64,000 bases of DNA from an uncultured Candidatus Micrarchaeota archaeon (GTDB taxonomy: Archaea > Micrarchaeota > Micrarchaeia > Anstonellales > Bilamarchaeaceae), in contig OY970229.1 in NCBI GenBank assembly GCA_963714085.1, forward strand, positions 1,440,001 through 1,504,000, read 5' to 3'. The notes beneath the pieces were generated by a model. It was not told the origin of the DNA and did no database searches. It saw only the letters and a program-made list of their open reading frames with translations. Shown piece by piece: positions 38,074-47,289 of this stretch (positions are counted from its first letter, which is position 1; every line of letters starts with the position of its first letter). The position numbers were made by a program, and so were the translations under genes.

Positions 38074-38571
38074 ATGAAAAGTTCTATTAAACATTCTGGC
38101 GTAGTCGAGGATTCTGCAGCAGTCAAGAAAATCGCCTCCCGCAACTCGTTCAGGTCCAATTCCTTCTCAGGAAGGTTGTGCTCCGGCCTGGTCGCCGGCG
38201 CACTGTTCGCGGCTTCCCTTGGCGGTTGCGCGGACACTGCCTATTCACAGAAGCAGAGTTCGGGCGGAGAAGCAATCACACAGCCGGATAAAGGAAAAGA
38301 CCTGACTCCGCTGGATAACGCGATTATCAGCACGTTTGCCTCAGGAGCTGCCGGTTTTGGGCTCTATGAAGGTGAAGGCAGCAAGGTTGACAAGTTCCAG
38401 ATCGTGACTATTTCAACGCTCTCGTTTGCTGTTTTGTTTTTAACGCTCGAAGCGGTAAGGCACTCGAATAAGCATGGAAGCTCCGGGGGATATCCGCCCG
38501 TAGGATGGTCGCTGTGTGGCGATTGCGTTGATCCCGCACCCGCGCAGTCCATGGGTCCGATTCAGCGCTAG
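38074..38571 (+). CDS. Putative lipoprotein with hydrophobic segments (paralog B)
   Basis: Same leader and similar upstream promoter as 37070..37555; more AT-rich than neighbours. Confidence 0.65.
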   Translation: MKSSIKHSGVVEDSAAVKKIASRNSFRSNSFSGRLCSGLVAGALFAASLGGCADTAYSQKQSSGGEAITQPDKGKDLTPLDNAIISTFASGAAGFGLYEGEGSKVDKFQIVTISTLSFAVLFLTLEAVRHSNKHGSSGGYPPVGWSLCGDCVDPAPAQSMGPIQR

Positions 38572-39548
38572 CGCCGCTTCATTATCTCTTCCATCCTCTC
38601 TATCCTGTAATTAGTGACAGCCACGCACTTCTTCACCGACATCGCGCCGTATTTCCTGAAGAGAACCTCTCCGGCGTAAGCGATCATGGCGCCGTTGTCG
38701 CGGTTGAACTCGTTGGGCGCCACGCCGAACTCGACCGAGTCCTCCTTGCACATCGTGCCGAGCATCTCCTGCAACCGTTTGTTCTGCGCGACCCCGCCGC
38801 AGCAGATGAGCTTTTTCTTCTTGGTCAGGAACAGCGCGCGTTCCGTGGCCTCGCACGCCATGGCGAACGAGGTCTCCATGAGCGAGAACGCCAGATCGTT
38901 CCTCTTCGCCCCGCCCTTGTGCAGCTTCTCAGCTGCGGTCAGAAGCCCAGAGAACACCAGGTTCATGCCTTTCACGCTGTAGGGGAGCTCGATGTATCTT
39001 CCGCCGGACGCGAGCTTCTCGAGCTGCGAGCCGTGGGCGTATTTCAAGCCGATGACCCTGCCGAAGCTGTCGAACAGGTTCCCGATCCCTATGTCCAGCG
39101 TCTCGCCCAGGACGTGCCACGCCCCAGCTCTCCTGACCAATATCTGGCTGTTCCCTCCGGAGAGATAGAGCACGAGCGGGTCGCGCAGGCCCGTCAAGTG
39201 CTCCGAGACCGCGATGTGGGCGTAGCAGTGGTTCACTCCGATTATTTTCTTGCCGAAGCGGCCCGCGAGATAGCGCGCCCCGGCTATCCCGACAGCGAGA
39301 GGGGAGCCGATGCCAGGGCCCTGGGAGAACGCAATCAAATCAACATCTTCCATGCGCATGCCCGCATCGGAGAGCGCCTTTTCAAGCACAGCGCCGAACA
39401 CATCCGCATGGTGGTCCGCTGCCTTCCTCGGGAGTATGCCTTCCTCCTTCGGCCTGTAGACGTCCGCTGCGTTGGAGAGGACCTTCCCATCCTTCACGAT
39501 TCCCACGCCCAATGTATGCGCCGTGCATTCGACGCCTAGAGTTATCAT
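38568..39548 (-). CDS. kae1: tRNA t6A threonylcarbamoyltransferase Kae1/TsaD
   Basis: LGVECTAH, FSQGPG, NHCYAH, LSGGN, GETLD and DNGAMIA. Confidence 0.96.
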   Translation of the reverse strand: MITLGVECTAHTLGVGIVKDGKVLSNAADVYRPKEEGILPRKAADHHADVFGAVLEKALSDAGMRMEDVDLIAFSQGPGIGSPLAVGIAGARYLAGRFGKKIIGVNHCYAHIAVSEHLTGLRDPLVLYLSGGNSQILVRRAGAWHVLGETLDIGIGNLFDSFGRVIGLKYAHGSQLEKLASGGRYIELPYSVKGMNLVFSGLLTAAEKLHKGGAKRNDLAFSLMETSFAMACEATERALFLTKKKKLICCGGVAQNKRLQEMLGTMCKEDSVEFGVAPNEFNRDNGAMIAYAGEVLFRKYGAMSVKKCVAVTNYRIERMEEIMKRR

Positions 39549-40144
39549 ACGACTCCCCTGAGCACGATGATGGACATCGTGTTGTATACCATGTGGATGG
39601 CGATGCAGGGCAGTATGGATCCGGATTTCTTGAATATTAGCGCGAGTATGAGCCCTATGAAGAACACGCCCGCTATCTCCGTGACGGAGCCGTACGCGAC
39701 GTGCACGACCGCGAACGCGATGGCCGAGAGCACCACTCCGAATCTTGAGCTCAGCAGCCCCCTGAAGAACAATTCCTCGCTGAACGGGGCCAGGACCACA
39801 GCCAGCAGGAGCACGGAGAGCGGCAGCTCGTTGGCCACCGCGGCCACGTTGGCCTCGTCGTTCAGGTGCAGATAGTTCAATGCCAGGGTGAGGACGATCA
39901 GCGCGGCGAACAAGGCCACCATTCCGCCTACGAAGAAAAGCAGGTTCCTTTTCAAGTCCCCCGGGATCCCCAGCTTCCTGAAGAAATCAGTCCTGTCCTT
40001 GTCGTAGATGAAGAACAGCGCGAAAGAGAGGAGGCCCAGGTGCAGCCCGAGCGTGTAGCCGAACATGTTCCCGAGCAGCAGGGAGCCTATGAAAAGGAGG
40101 AAAGAGAAAACGAGGAGCCCCAGGAAAACCGTCCGGGCTTTCAT
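39545..40144 (-). CDS. CPBP/CAAX (Abi) intramembrane protease
   Basis: APFSEELFFRG, FAVVH and HMVYN. Confidence 0.9.
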   Translation of the reverse strand: MKARTVFLGLLVFSFLLFIGSLLLGNMFGYTLGLHLGLLSFALFFIYDKDRTDFFRKLGIPGDLKRNLLFFVGGMVALFAALIVLTLALNYLHLNDEANVAAVANELPLSVLLLAVVLAPFSEELFFRGLLSSRFGVVLSAIAFAVVHVAYGSVTEIAGVFFIGLILALIFKKSGSILPCIAIHMVYNTMSIIVLRGVV

Positions 40145-40306
40145 CTATTTCTTCTCGAAATAGCCGCACTTGCCGCAGCTGCGCCTGTCCTTGTGGTCGG
40201 CCAGCCTGTTGCCAGGGCCGCATTTTGGGCAGTATTTCACGGGCTTCTTGTAGGGTTTCGCCTGCCTCTCCTTCTTCTTCGGCGCAGCTTTCTTGTCGTC
40301 AGCCAT
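40145..40306 (-). CDS. rps27ae: 30S ribosomal protein S27ae (eS31)
   Basis: CPKCGPG..LA.H.DR..CGKCGY; follows S24e. Confidence 0.93.
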   Translation of the reverse strand: MADDKKAAPKKKERQAKPYKKPVKYCPKCGPGNRLADHKDRRSCGKCGYFEKK

Positions 40307-40311
40307 TGTCA

Positions 40312-40653
40312 TCACTTCTTCGCTTTCTTGGCAGGCGCCTTCTTCTCGGCAGCCGCCTTCTCCTCTGGCGTCTCTATTATCAGGCCTTCCCTTTTGAGTA
40401 TGTGCCTCGGCTCGTTCTTCATGAGCGCTTCCTTGCTCATATACGAATGCGCGGAGAGGGTCGCCTTCTTCAGGCCGAATTCCGTGGACACGGAGCGGAG
40501 CACGACCAGCTCCGGGTTCGCGCCTATCTTGCCGCACAATGCGCTCTTCATCTCCTTCCTCGGCGGCGTCGCGGCCTCGAAACTGACCGTCGCCTCTATC
40601 TCCTTCCGATCAAGCAGCTTGTTCTCTGTCGTGGATTCTACCTTGACTTCCAT
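40312..40653 (-). CDS. rps24e: 30S ribosomal protein S24e
   Basis: [18 protein letters not shown] and EPRHILKR. Confidence 0.93.
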   Translation of the reverse strand: MEVKVESTTENKLLDRKEIEATVSFEAATPPRKEMKSALCGKIGANPELVVLRSVSTEFGLKKATLSAHSYMSKEALMKNEPRHILKREGLIIETPEEKAAAEKKAPAKKAKK

Positions 40654-40657
40654 TGCA

Positions 40658-41050
40658 TCACCTGATTCTTTCCATCATCCTCTTGCCCATGGACTCGAGT
40701 ATCTCGGCTTCCTTGCCGGGCGCGGCCGCGGCCACCAGCTCCGGCGGGATGTTTATGTCGTATATCTCGTAGGTCCTGCTGTCCATGACCTGCGCGGTCG
40801 TGCCGCTCACGGACATTATCTGCACGTTCTTGCGGTCTATTATCGGGACGTCCACGTCCGCGTCACCGGGCGTGAGCAGCGTCTTCTTCTGCCCTTCGAA
40901 TATGCCTATGGCGGTTATCCTCATCTTGGCCGCGCCGTGCTTGCCGGGCTTAGAGCTCTCTATCTCCACTATCCTGCAGGGGATGTCGTCTATCAGGACG
41001 TACTTCCCCTCCTTCAGCTCCTTGGCTGTCGCGAATACTTTCTCAGTCAT
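40658..41050 (-). CDS. eif5a: Translation factor aIF5A
   Basis: SKPGKHGAAK hypusine motif. Confidence 0.97.
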   Translation of the reverse strand: MTEKVFATAKELKEGKYVLIDDIPCRIVEIESSKPGKHGAAKMRITAIGIFEGQKKTLLTPGDADVDVPIIDRKNVQIMSVSGTTAQVMDSRTYEIYDINIPPELVAAAAPGKEAEILESMGKRMMERIR

Positions 41051-41123
41051 AAGCGCACCCGATAATCAGGTTATCTTTCTGATTGTTAAGAGAGAATAGT
41101 ATAAAAAGGTAAGTTTTTTAACT

Positions 41124-41831
41124 ATGGTCATGACTCTCATCGACGCGCATTGCCATCTGGGCAACCTGCCCAAGTACATAATCCCAGACGGCTTGCTCCC
41201 GGTGACGGTGGGATATTCCCATTCATCGAACCAGAAGGCGGTGGAAGCGGCGAAAATCCACGGCGTCCCTTTCGTCCTGGGAATCGCTCCGCAGACCGCG
41301 ATAAAGGAGGACCTTTCCAAGATGGGCGAGTGGGTGGACTTCATAAGGAAGAACCCTCCCAGCGCCATCGGCGAGGTCGGGCTGGATTACCACTGGGCGG
41401 AGAACGAGCAGGACACGAAGAAGGAGCAGATCGTCTTCCAGAGGATGATAGAGCTCGCGGAGGAGATGCGGCTCCCCCTCGTCATCCACGCGCGCGAGGC
41501 CACATCTGACGTGCTCGACTCCTTGCAGCTGCGGAATTTCCGCAACGGGTTCATGCTGCATTTCTTCTCCGGGAGCCTCCATGACGCGAAGCGCGCCGTG
41601 GAGATGGGCGGCTACGTCTCCATCCCGCCGGTGCGCTCCAAGGACCGGACCGCCGCGATAGGCGCGCTCGGGCTCGAGCATCTCCTGGTGGAGACCGACG
41701 CGCCCTATGTGGGGAGGACCCCGGACGCCGTGATGGACTCGGTCGCATACGTGGCTGAAGTGAAAGGTCTGTCGGTCGAAGAGGTCGGGAAGGCGACTGC
41801 GGAGAATGCGAAAAGATTCTTCAGGCTCTGA
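41124..41831 (+). CDS. tatD: TatD-family nuclease
   Basis: DAHCH, GEVGLDY, IHAR and ETDAPY. Confidence 0.92.
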   Translation: MVMTLIDAHCHLGNLPKYIIPDGLLPVTVGYSHSSNQKAVEAAKIHGVPFVLGIAPQTAIKEDLSKMGEWVDFIRKNPPSAIGEVGLDYHWAENEQDTKKEQIVFQRMIELAEEMRLPLVIHAREATSDVLDSLQLRNFRNGFMLHFFSGSLHDAKRAVEMGGYVSIPPVRSKDRTAAIGALGLEHLLVETDAPYVGRTPDAVMDSVAYVAEVKGLSVEEVGKATAENAKRFFRL

Positions 41832-41891
41832 ATCCCCCTGGTTCAAAGTATTTATTAATGGAAAACGTCATATCCATTCGAGGAGAATCGG

Positions 41892-43481
41892 ATGTCGAAC
41901 GCACCACCGGCCCTGAAACCGCAGGAAACCGATAGGGTCTACTTTGAGAAGGTGAGGATACAGGTCGCCCCCGGGCTTCCCGACCCCGTGGTACGCGAAC
42001 TCGTCAGGGTCGGCAATCCGGATAAGATAAAGGAGGTAAGGTCTGCCCTTTCCAGGCTCGATGGCGAAGCCGCGCATGGGGCCTACTCGGCGCTCTATGA
42101 CGAAAAGGTCGCAAAAGCGTTCGTACAGGACCCGAGCGGAGTGCTGAGGGCGTTTGCGGAAATCACAAAGTCAATGGAATTGTACCGACGTCCTGGTACG
42201 GAACACGGCCCGCTTTGGGTCCTGAAGGGGAACGTCCCGCTGATCACAGGGAGGTTCTATGACAGATACGGGGAAGCGAAAGCGCTTTTGGACTCTTTGG
42301 GACTGCTAAAGGACAAGAATGTCATAGCGTTCAAGACCGAGCCCGAGCTGCTGCTCGGCTGTGCGTATGCGATAAGCGTTATCGGCGAGAGAAAAACAAG
42401 GGAACTGCATGAAAAATTCGGGATCGACTATTTCGCCAGGTACACGAAAGAGCAGTTGGAGGACCTTTGTGCGCATGCGGATGATAGGAAGCAGTCGTCC
42501 AAGCCGGTCCTGCTCGCGGTCTTCAACAAGGCGGACTCGAACGGCTTCTTTTATGCGGAATCCCGGAAGCTGGAGCAATTGATGAAAGGGTATACGGTGA
42601 TCATAACCGAAACCGATTCGGAAGACGGCTTTTACGGCGCGGTTTCGGACGTGTCGAAAAAATACGGGAAGATAGACACCCTGGCCATAGGCGGGCACGG
42701 CGATCCCGATGGGATACTCCTCGGATACCCGAAGGGGAAGTCAAACGACAAGTCGAACGAGAAGGGGCATCTTGACCTCAGTGATGAAGATGAGATGAGA
42801 AGGATAGCCGATTGTTTTGTCAAGAGGCCGTCTGTCATCCTCATCTCATGCTCGACAGGGAAGGGTGAGCATCCTATAGGCGCCCTTATCTCGAGGGCCT
42901 GGGGTGCGCATCTATCCGCGCCAGAGGAGGACCTGGGCGCCGCCGTATACCTTACTGACAAATCTGGAAAACTGGTATCCGTCACGTATTCGACATCCGT
43001 GTGGGCCAAATCCTCCGCGGATTCCGACATAAGGACCTCGGATTTCGACGCAGGCCGGTTGACTTCGAGGGCCGGGGGTGAAGCCGCTCTGGGGCGCTTG
43101 GACCAGGGGCTGGTCGATGAAGGTACTGACATCTACGGTTTCATAGGCGCCAATATGGACCGGATGGTCAAGTCGAAAATCACACCAGAGAGATTCGAAC
43201 TCATATCAGCGGTCTATAAATCCAAGCTGAAAGAACTCGATGAAGAGATAAACCGGGTCCAGACGAGGATGAAGGGAGACGAGGAATCCGAAGACTTCAA
43301 TGTCCAGGTTTATAAAAAAGCATTGGCCAGGATGCAAAAAACCGCATCGACCATCCGGAGTCAGCTGGAATCGCTTGAAGCTTCGGTCGAGACGGGTCCT
43401 GACAGACTGAAAGAGCTGCGGGAAAAAGAGAAGACGGATTTCGAGATCCTGATGAAGCATACGCGCCTTTCGAAACGATGA
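41892..43481 (+). CDS. Hypothetical protein with GHG/SCSTG putative catalytic dyad and C-terminal coiled coil
   Basis: LAIGGHG...VILISCSTG; more AT-rich than neighbours. Confidence 0.65.
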   Translation: MSNAPPALKPQETDRVYFEKVRIQVAPGLPDPVVRELVRVGNPDKIKEVRSALSRLDGEAAHGAYSALYDEKVAKAFVQDPSGVLRAFAEITKSMELYRRPGTEHGPLWVLKGNVPLITGRFYDRYGEAKALLDSLGLLKDKNVIAFKTEPELLLGCAYAISVIGERKTRELHEKFGIDYFARYTKEQLEDLCAHADDRKQSSKPVLLAVFNKADSNGFFYAESRKLEQLMKGYTVIITETDSEDGFYGAVSDVSKKYGKIDTLAIGGHGDPDGILLGYPKGKSNDKSNEKGHLDLSDEDEMRRIADCFVKRPSVILISCSTGKGEHPIGALISRAWGAHLSAPEEDLGAAVYLTDKSGKLVSVTYSTSVWAKSSADSDIRTSDFDAGRLTSRAGGEAALGRLDQGLVDEGTDIYGFIGANMDRMVKSKITPERFELISAVYKSKLKELDEEINRVQTRMKGDEESEDFNVQVYKKALARMQKTASTIRSQLESLEASVETGPDRLKELREKEKTDFEILMKHTRLSKR

Positions 43482-43552
43482 GGGCTCGGCCGGGCGCATC
43501 GCCGAGATTAAAAAGCTTGGCAACGCTATAATACCAGATGATCGGTGCTCAT

Positions 43553-44032
43553 ATGTTCGACTTCCTCAAGAAAAACCCGAAGAAGAAGGAGAAACCAGAC
43601 ATAGCGCTGCTCGTGGACGGGCCCAACACCATACGCAAGTCTATGAAGGTCGACCTGGTGAAGGTGAAGCGCGAGGTCCAGAAGTACGGCAACATCCGCG
43701 TCGCGAAGGTCTACCTGGACCAGTACGCCTCGGACAAGCTCATCGAGGCCATGGTGAACCAGGGCTTCCAGACCGAGATAACGACCGGCGACGTGGACGT
43801 GACGATGGCCATCGAGGCGATGGAGTACGTCATGAGCCAGGACATAGACGTCATCGCGCTCATGACCAGGGACACGGACTACCGGCCGGTGCTTGTGAAA
43901 GCCAGGGCGAGGGGCAAGCGCACGATGATAGTCGCGAACGATGTCGGGTTCTCGGCCGCCCTGCGCAACACTGCGGACATAGTCATCATCTTCAATGAGA
44001 AGGAGGAAGCGAGCCACATACTCAATCATTAA
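43553..44032 (+). CDS. NYN-domain (PIN-like) protein
   Basis: LLVDGPN, GDVDV, TRD.DY.P and AL.N.AD. Confidence 0.9.
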   Translation: MFDFLKKNPKKKEKPDIALLVDGPNTIRKSMKVDLVKVKREVQKYGNIRVAKVYLDQYASDKLIEAMVNQGFQTEITTGDVDVTMAIEAMEYVMSQDIDVIALMTRDTDYRPVLVKARARGKRTMIVANDVGFSAALRNTADIVIIFNEKEEASHILNH

Positions 44033-44094
44033 AAAGGTATTGTACAAGATTGTAGTCTGCAAATCTTGAACATATTTATCTACGAGGTATATTC

Positions 44095-44208
44095 ATGGGT
44101 GCGAAACCGAGAAAGTGGAAAAAGAAGAACAGGATGCGCTGGAAGTGGGTGAAGAAAAGGCGCAAGCGCATCAAGAGGAGGCAGAAGAGGCGCGTAGGAG
44201 AGCTGTAA
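44095..44208 (+). CDS. rpl41e: Ribosomal protein L41e (eS32), 37 aa, absent from the ORF track
   Basis: [44 protein letters not shown] upstream and T-rich tract downstream. Confidence 0.88.
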   Translation: MGAKPRKWKKKNRMRWKWVKKRRKRIKRRQKRRVGEL

Positions 44209-44233
44209 ATCTTTTTTCCTCTTTTAAATTTTC

Positions 44234-45463
44234 TTATTCTGGATTTTCCGTTCCCTTATTATCATTGTCCGTTCCGGGGTCGTCCTGGTCTCCGGGTATC
44301 GCACCCGGGTCTTCAGAATCATAATCATCAGGCCCTTTAGCCGTCTCCGCGTTCCTCGTCCCCACATCCTTCTTCCACTTCGCAGCGACCTGCGTCATCG
44401 CTTCCCTGACCCCCGGGTCCGATGCGTGAGCTGCGACCTGCTCTGCGACGCGGACCTGGTCCTCGGAGGCGAACGCGCCCTCGAGCGCGCCCGTGAATTG
44501 GGACCTCGTGGCGGGTGACAGTTCCGAGAGGAATCTCTCCACCCGCGGCCCGTCGAAACCATCTGAGAAGAACGTGTCCTTCACGCAGCCATTCAGCACG
44601 ACCAGCCGCTCGGGCTCCGGCAGCTGCCTGAGGGCGGATTCCGCGGAGCGCGGGTTCCTAAGCAGCGAGCCAGCGAGCGCATCCACGATCTCATACGCTG
44701 TTTTACGGGCGTACGCGCTCCTGGTCATGCACGCGAGGCCCGGCACCTTGTCCCAGTCGCCTGAGGCCGTGTCGTCGATCATGCCCGGGGTTACCGCATT
44801 GGCCAGGTCGACCACGTTGCCCATGTTGAAATAATCGGGATAGAGGTTGGCGAAATCCCGCAGCGTCTCGTCGCTGACATTCCACCCCGGATTCACGGAG
44901 ACCATGTGCCTGAAGAGCGGGATTATGGTCTCGGGGTTGTTCCGTTCCCCGAGCTGTTCGATGGCACTGTCCAGGTCGGTCTTGTCGTATATCCTCATTA
45001 TGTGCTCCGTGCTCGCCACGATGCCATCGCTCAGCTTTTTCACCTGGGACTCGGCGCTTTCGAACATGTACGTTATGCCGGATGCCGCTCCAGGCTGGTC
45101 GCCGGCTTTCGGCGCTTCCTGATCAGAAGGCGGGCTTCTTTCAACAGTTTTCCGGAATTCGGATTGGCAGTCCAGGCTTCCCGGGGGGAATCTCCTTTTG
45201 AGCTCCTTTAGGACCTCTTCGGCCATGTGCTCGGCCGGGGTTTTCTCGGGAACCCGGGCAACGGGCGCAAGGGCGGGCGGCCTCTCCGCCTTTTCCGGGG
45301 CCTGCTCCGCCTCCTCCACGTCCTGGCTTTGTTTATGGCGGTCCGGTCCGGGCTTGAATCTGCAGGTCAGGTAGCCCATAGTGGCTGCCATAAGCGCGAA
45401 GCCTACCACTGCGCGCTTGAAGAATGGCGAGTATTTCGGCTTGTCGGTCCTGAGCCTGTTCAT
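44234..45463 (-). CDS. Hypothetical membrane-anchored protein
   Basis: N-terminal TM helix, Pro/Glu linker, helical domain and acidic tail. Confidence 0.65.
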   Translation of the reverse strand: MNRLRTDKPKYSPFFKRAVVGFALMAATMGYLTCRFKPGPDRHKQSQDVEEAEQAPEKAERPPALAPVARVPEKTPAEHMAEEVLKELKRRFPPGSLDCQSEFRKTVERSPPSDQEAPKAGDQPGAASGITYMFESAESQVKKLSDGIVASTEHIMRIYDKTDLDSAIEQLGERNNPETIIPLFRHMVSVNPGWNVSDETLRDFANLYPDYFNMGNVVDLANAVTPGMIDDTASGDWDKVPGLACMTRSAYARKTAYEIVDALAGSLLRNPRSAESALRQLPEPERLVVLNGCVKDTFFSDGFDGPRVERFLSELSPATRSQFTGALEGAFASEDQVRVAEQVAAHASDPGVREAMTQVAAKWKKDVGTRNAETAKGPDDYDSEDPGAIPGDQDDPGTDNDNKGTENPE

Positions 45464-45531
45464 GTGAATATGATATTGCCAGGGACGCCTTTTAAATGTT
45501 TGTTGAAGTGGAAAAAACAGGAGCTAAAGCG

Positions 45532-46134
45532 TCAGCCGACGGCTTTTTTGGGTGGCGGAGCGCTCGGCTGCCCGCTCGGCGGGTTCTTCATCGGGTTGGG
45601 TTTCTTATCCTCTTTTCCATAAGGGCCCAGCTGTTGCCTGCAGAAAGCCTTCAAGCCGGCCAGACTAACGGCATTCAACGCGCCACAGTTCGATACTTGA
45701 AGGGAGGTGGTCTCGAGTTTGCTTTGGATGCTCGGTAAGTCGACCTGGTTCGTGCCTTTATACGCCCGTTTGCATATCTCGTCGAAAGCCCAGTCGCGAA
45801 CATGTAATTCCGCGCTGTCCAGGTCCGCAAGCAGTTCAGGAAGAGTGCCTAATTTGTGCAGGTATTCCCGGCACGACAAACGCAGCCTACCCGCTTCCTC
45901 AAGCATATCCGGCGGGGCGCCTTCCCAATGCCTCTCAGAGGCGTTGAGTTTGCCCAACACCCGTATTATCTGATCCCTCTGGCCGGTATCGTGAAACACG
46001 CGGCACGCGTATCTCGCATCCTGGACCGCGGCGTGCGCGATCCTGAGGTTGTCGTTTGAAATCCGATCGCATATTCCCTCCACATCTAGGGGTTCAGGAG
46101 CTGTCTCTATCCTATTCCCTCCGTCTTCCGCCAT
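45532..46134 (-). CDS. Hypothetical helical protein
   Basis: 200-aa ORF with GGTG SD-like site and TATA-like sequence upstream. Confidence 0.55.
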   Translation of the reverse strand: MAEDGGNRIETAPEPLDVEGICDRISNDNLRIAHAAVQDARYACRVFHDTGQRDQIIRVLGKLNASERHWEGAPPDMLEEAGRLRLSCREYLHKLGTLPELLADLDSAELHVRDWAFDEICKRAYKGTNQVDLPSIQSKLETTSLQVSNCGALNAVSLAGLKAFCRQQLGPYGKEDKKPNPMKNPPSGQPSAPPPKKAVG

Positions 46135-46195
46135 GCACCCACCGCTTATAATGTGTAAATACAGGTTTTAAAATTATTCAGCGGACGGACCGGAT

Positions 46196-46543
46196 TCACG
46201 GATTTTCCGGAATCTGCGGCCTCTCCACGGGCTCGCTGAAATACGCCATCCCAACCCTGATCATCAGGGTCGGCTTGTGCAGGGAGCCTTTGAGGAGCGA
46301 CCTCCATCCGACATTCATCCCGTTCGCGTTGACCACGAGCTCAGCCAGTATCCCCCTCCCGATTTCATCCCTTGCAAGTTCCACAAGCAGCTTCGTTCCG
46401 CCTCTGCTCGCGAGCGACCCTGATATCACGTCCCTCATCTTCTTGGATGTGAACAACCTTGTGAATATCCTGACCGTCCTCTCGCGATCCCCGGTTATGT
46501 AATCGAATACGGCCCGTCTCCCCTCCTTGTCATCGTCCAGCAT
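46196..46543 (-). CDS. Hypothetical protein, possibly the distal half of a frameshifted gene
   Basis: 115-aa ORF whose frame stays open upstream into the end of 46563..47165. Confidence 0.45.
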   Translation of the reverse strand: MLDDDKEGRRAVFDYITGDRERTVRIFTRLFTSKKMRDVISGSLASRGGTKLLVELARDEIGRGILAELVVNANGMNVGWRSLLKGSLHKPTLMIRVGMAYFSEPVERPQIPENP

Positions 46544-46562
46544 CCTCTTGCATAAGTCCGCA

Positions 46563-47165
46563 TTAACCCTGGTGGCGCAAAGCGAGAATGAAAACGTCTT
46601 CGTTCATGGAAGGGCTCCGGATCAATGACGCGAGCCGGCTAACCCAGTCCGCGGAATCCCTGTAGTTGGAAAGGTCGGAATGGGGCGCGGGCAGTTTCTC
46701 ATCCGTCATCGGATGCCTGTCGTGCATTCCTTTTATTATCCTGATGACGGGGAGCCAGCATGAGGGGCTTGTCACCATGGCATACCCTATGTCCCTGCCT
46801 TCCTTGGTCTCGCCTCTCCTCATCAGCAGCATCCTGCCCTCTTTCGTATCGCAGATGTCCAGGAAGCAATTGAGCCCATTCCCGCCCTTCAGGAAGTCCA
46901 TCATCCGTTCTACAGCGGTCGGGAGCTTCAGGACCTCCAGATAATGGTCGAGCAATTCCGGGTTTTTTACCAGATCGTCGATGTGTCTCTTCCCTTTCGG
47001 GGTCTCCATATACTGGGAAAGGGTCCCTCCGAAAAAGCTCTTCACCGCGGGGTCTTCGCCGAGGCCCAGCCCCCTCAAGCCTTCGGTCAGGGTCTGCATC
47101 TCGGAGATCTTCCTCTGCCTGGCCTGGCCTCTGTTGAACATCTCCCTGAAAAAAGATTTATGCAT
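46563..47165 (-). CDS. Hypothetical protein with TKEGR-like repeats
   Basis: 200-aa ORF with TATA upstream; TPKGK, TKEGR and TKEGR. Confidence 0.55.
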   Translation of the reverse strand: MHKSFFREMFNRGQARQRKISEMQTLTEGLRGLGLGEDPAVKSFFGGTLSQYMETPKGKRHIDDLVKNPELLDHYLEVLKLPTAVERMMDFLKGGNGLNCFLDICDTKEGRMLLMRRGETKEGRDIGYAMVTSPSCWLPVIRIIKGMHDRHPMTDEKLPAPHSDLSNYRDSADWVSRLASLIRSPSMNEDVFILALRHQG

Positions 47166-47289
47166 GAGTTACCTTTTGTAGCAACATTCTTTAAATACCC
47201 GTCTTCCTCTGTTCATCATTTCCTGACAACATTTATAAACACTTCCAATCATACACATAACAGCACTAAACTTAACAATTGTGATATCT

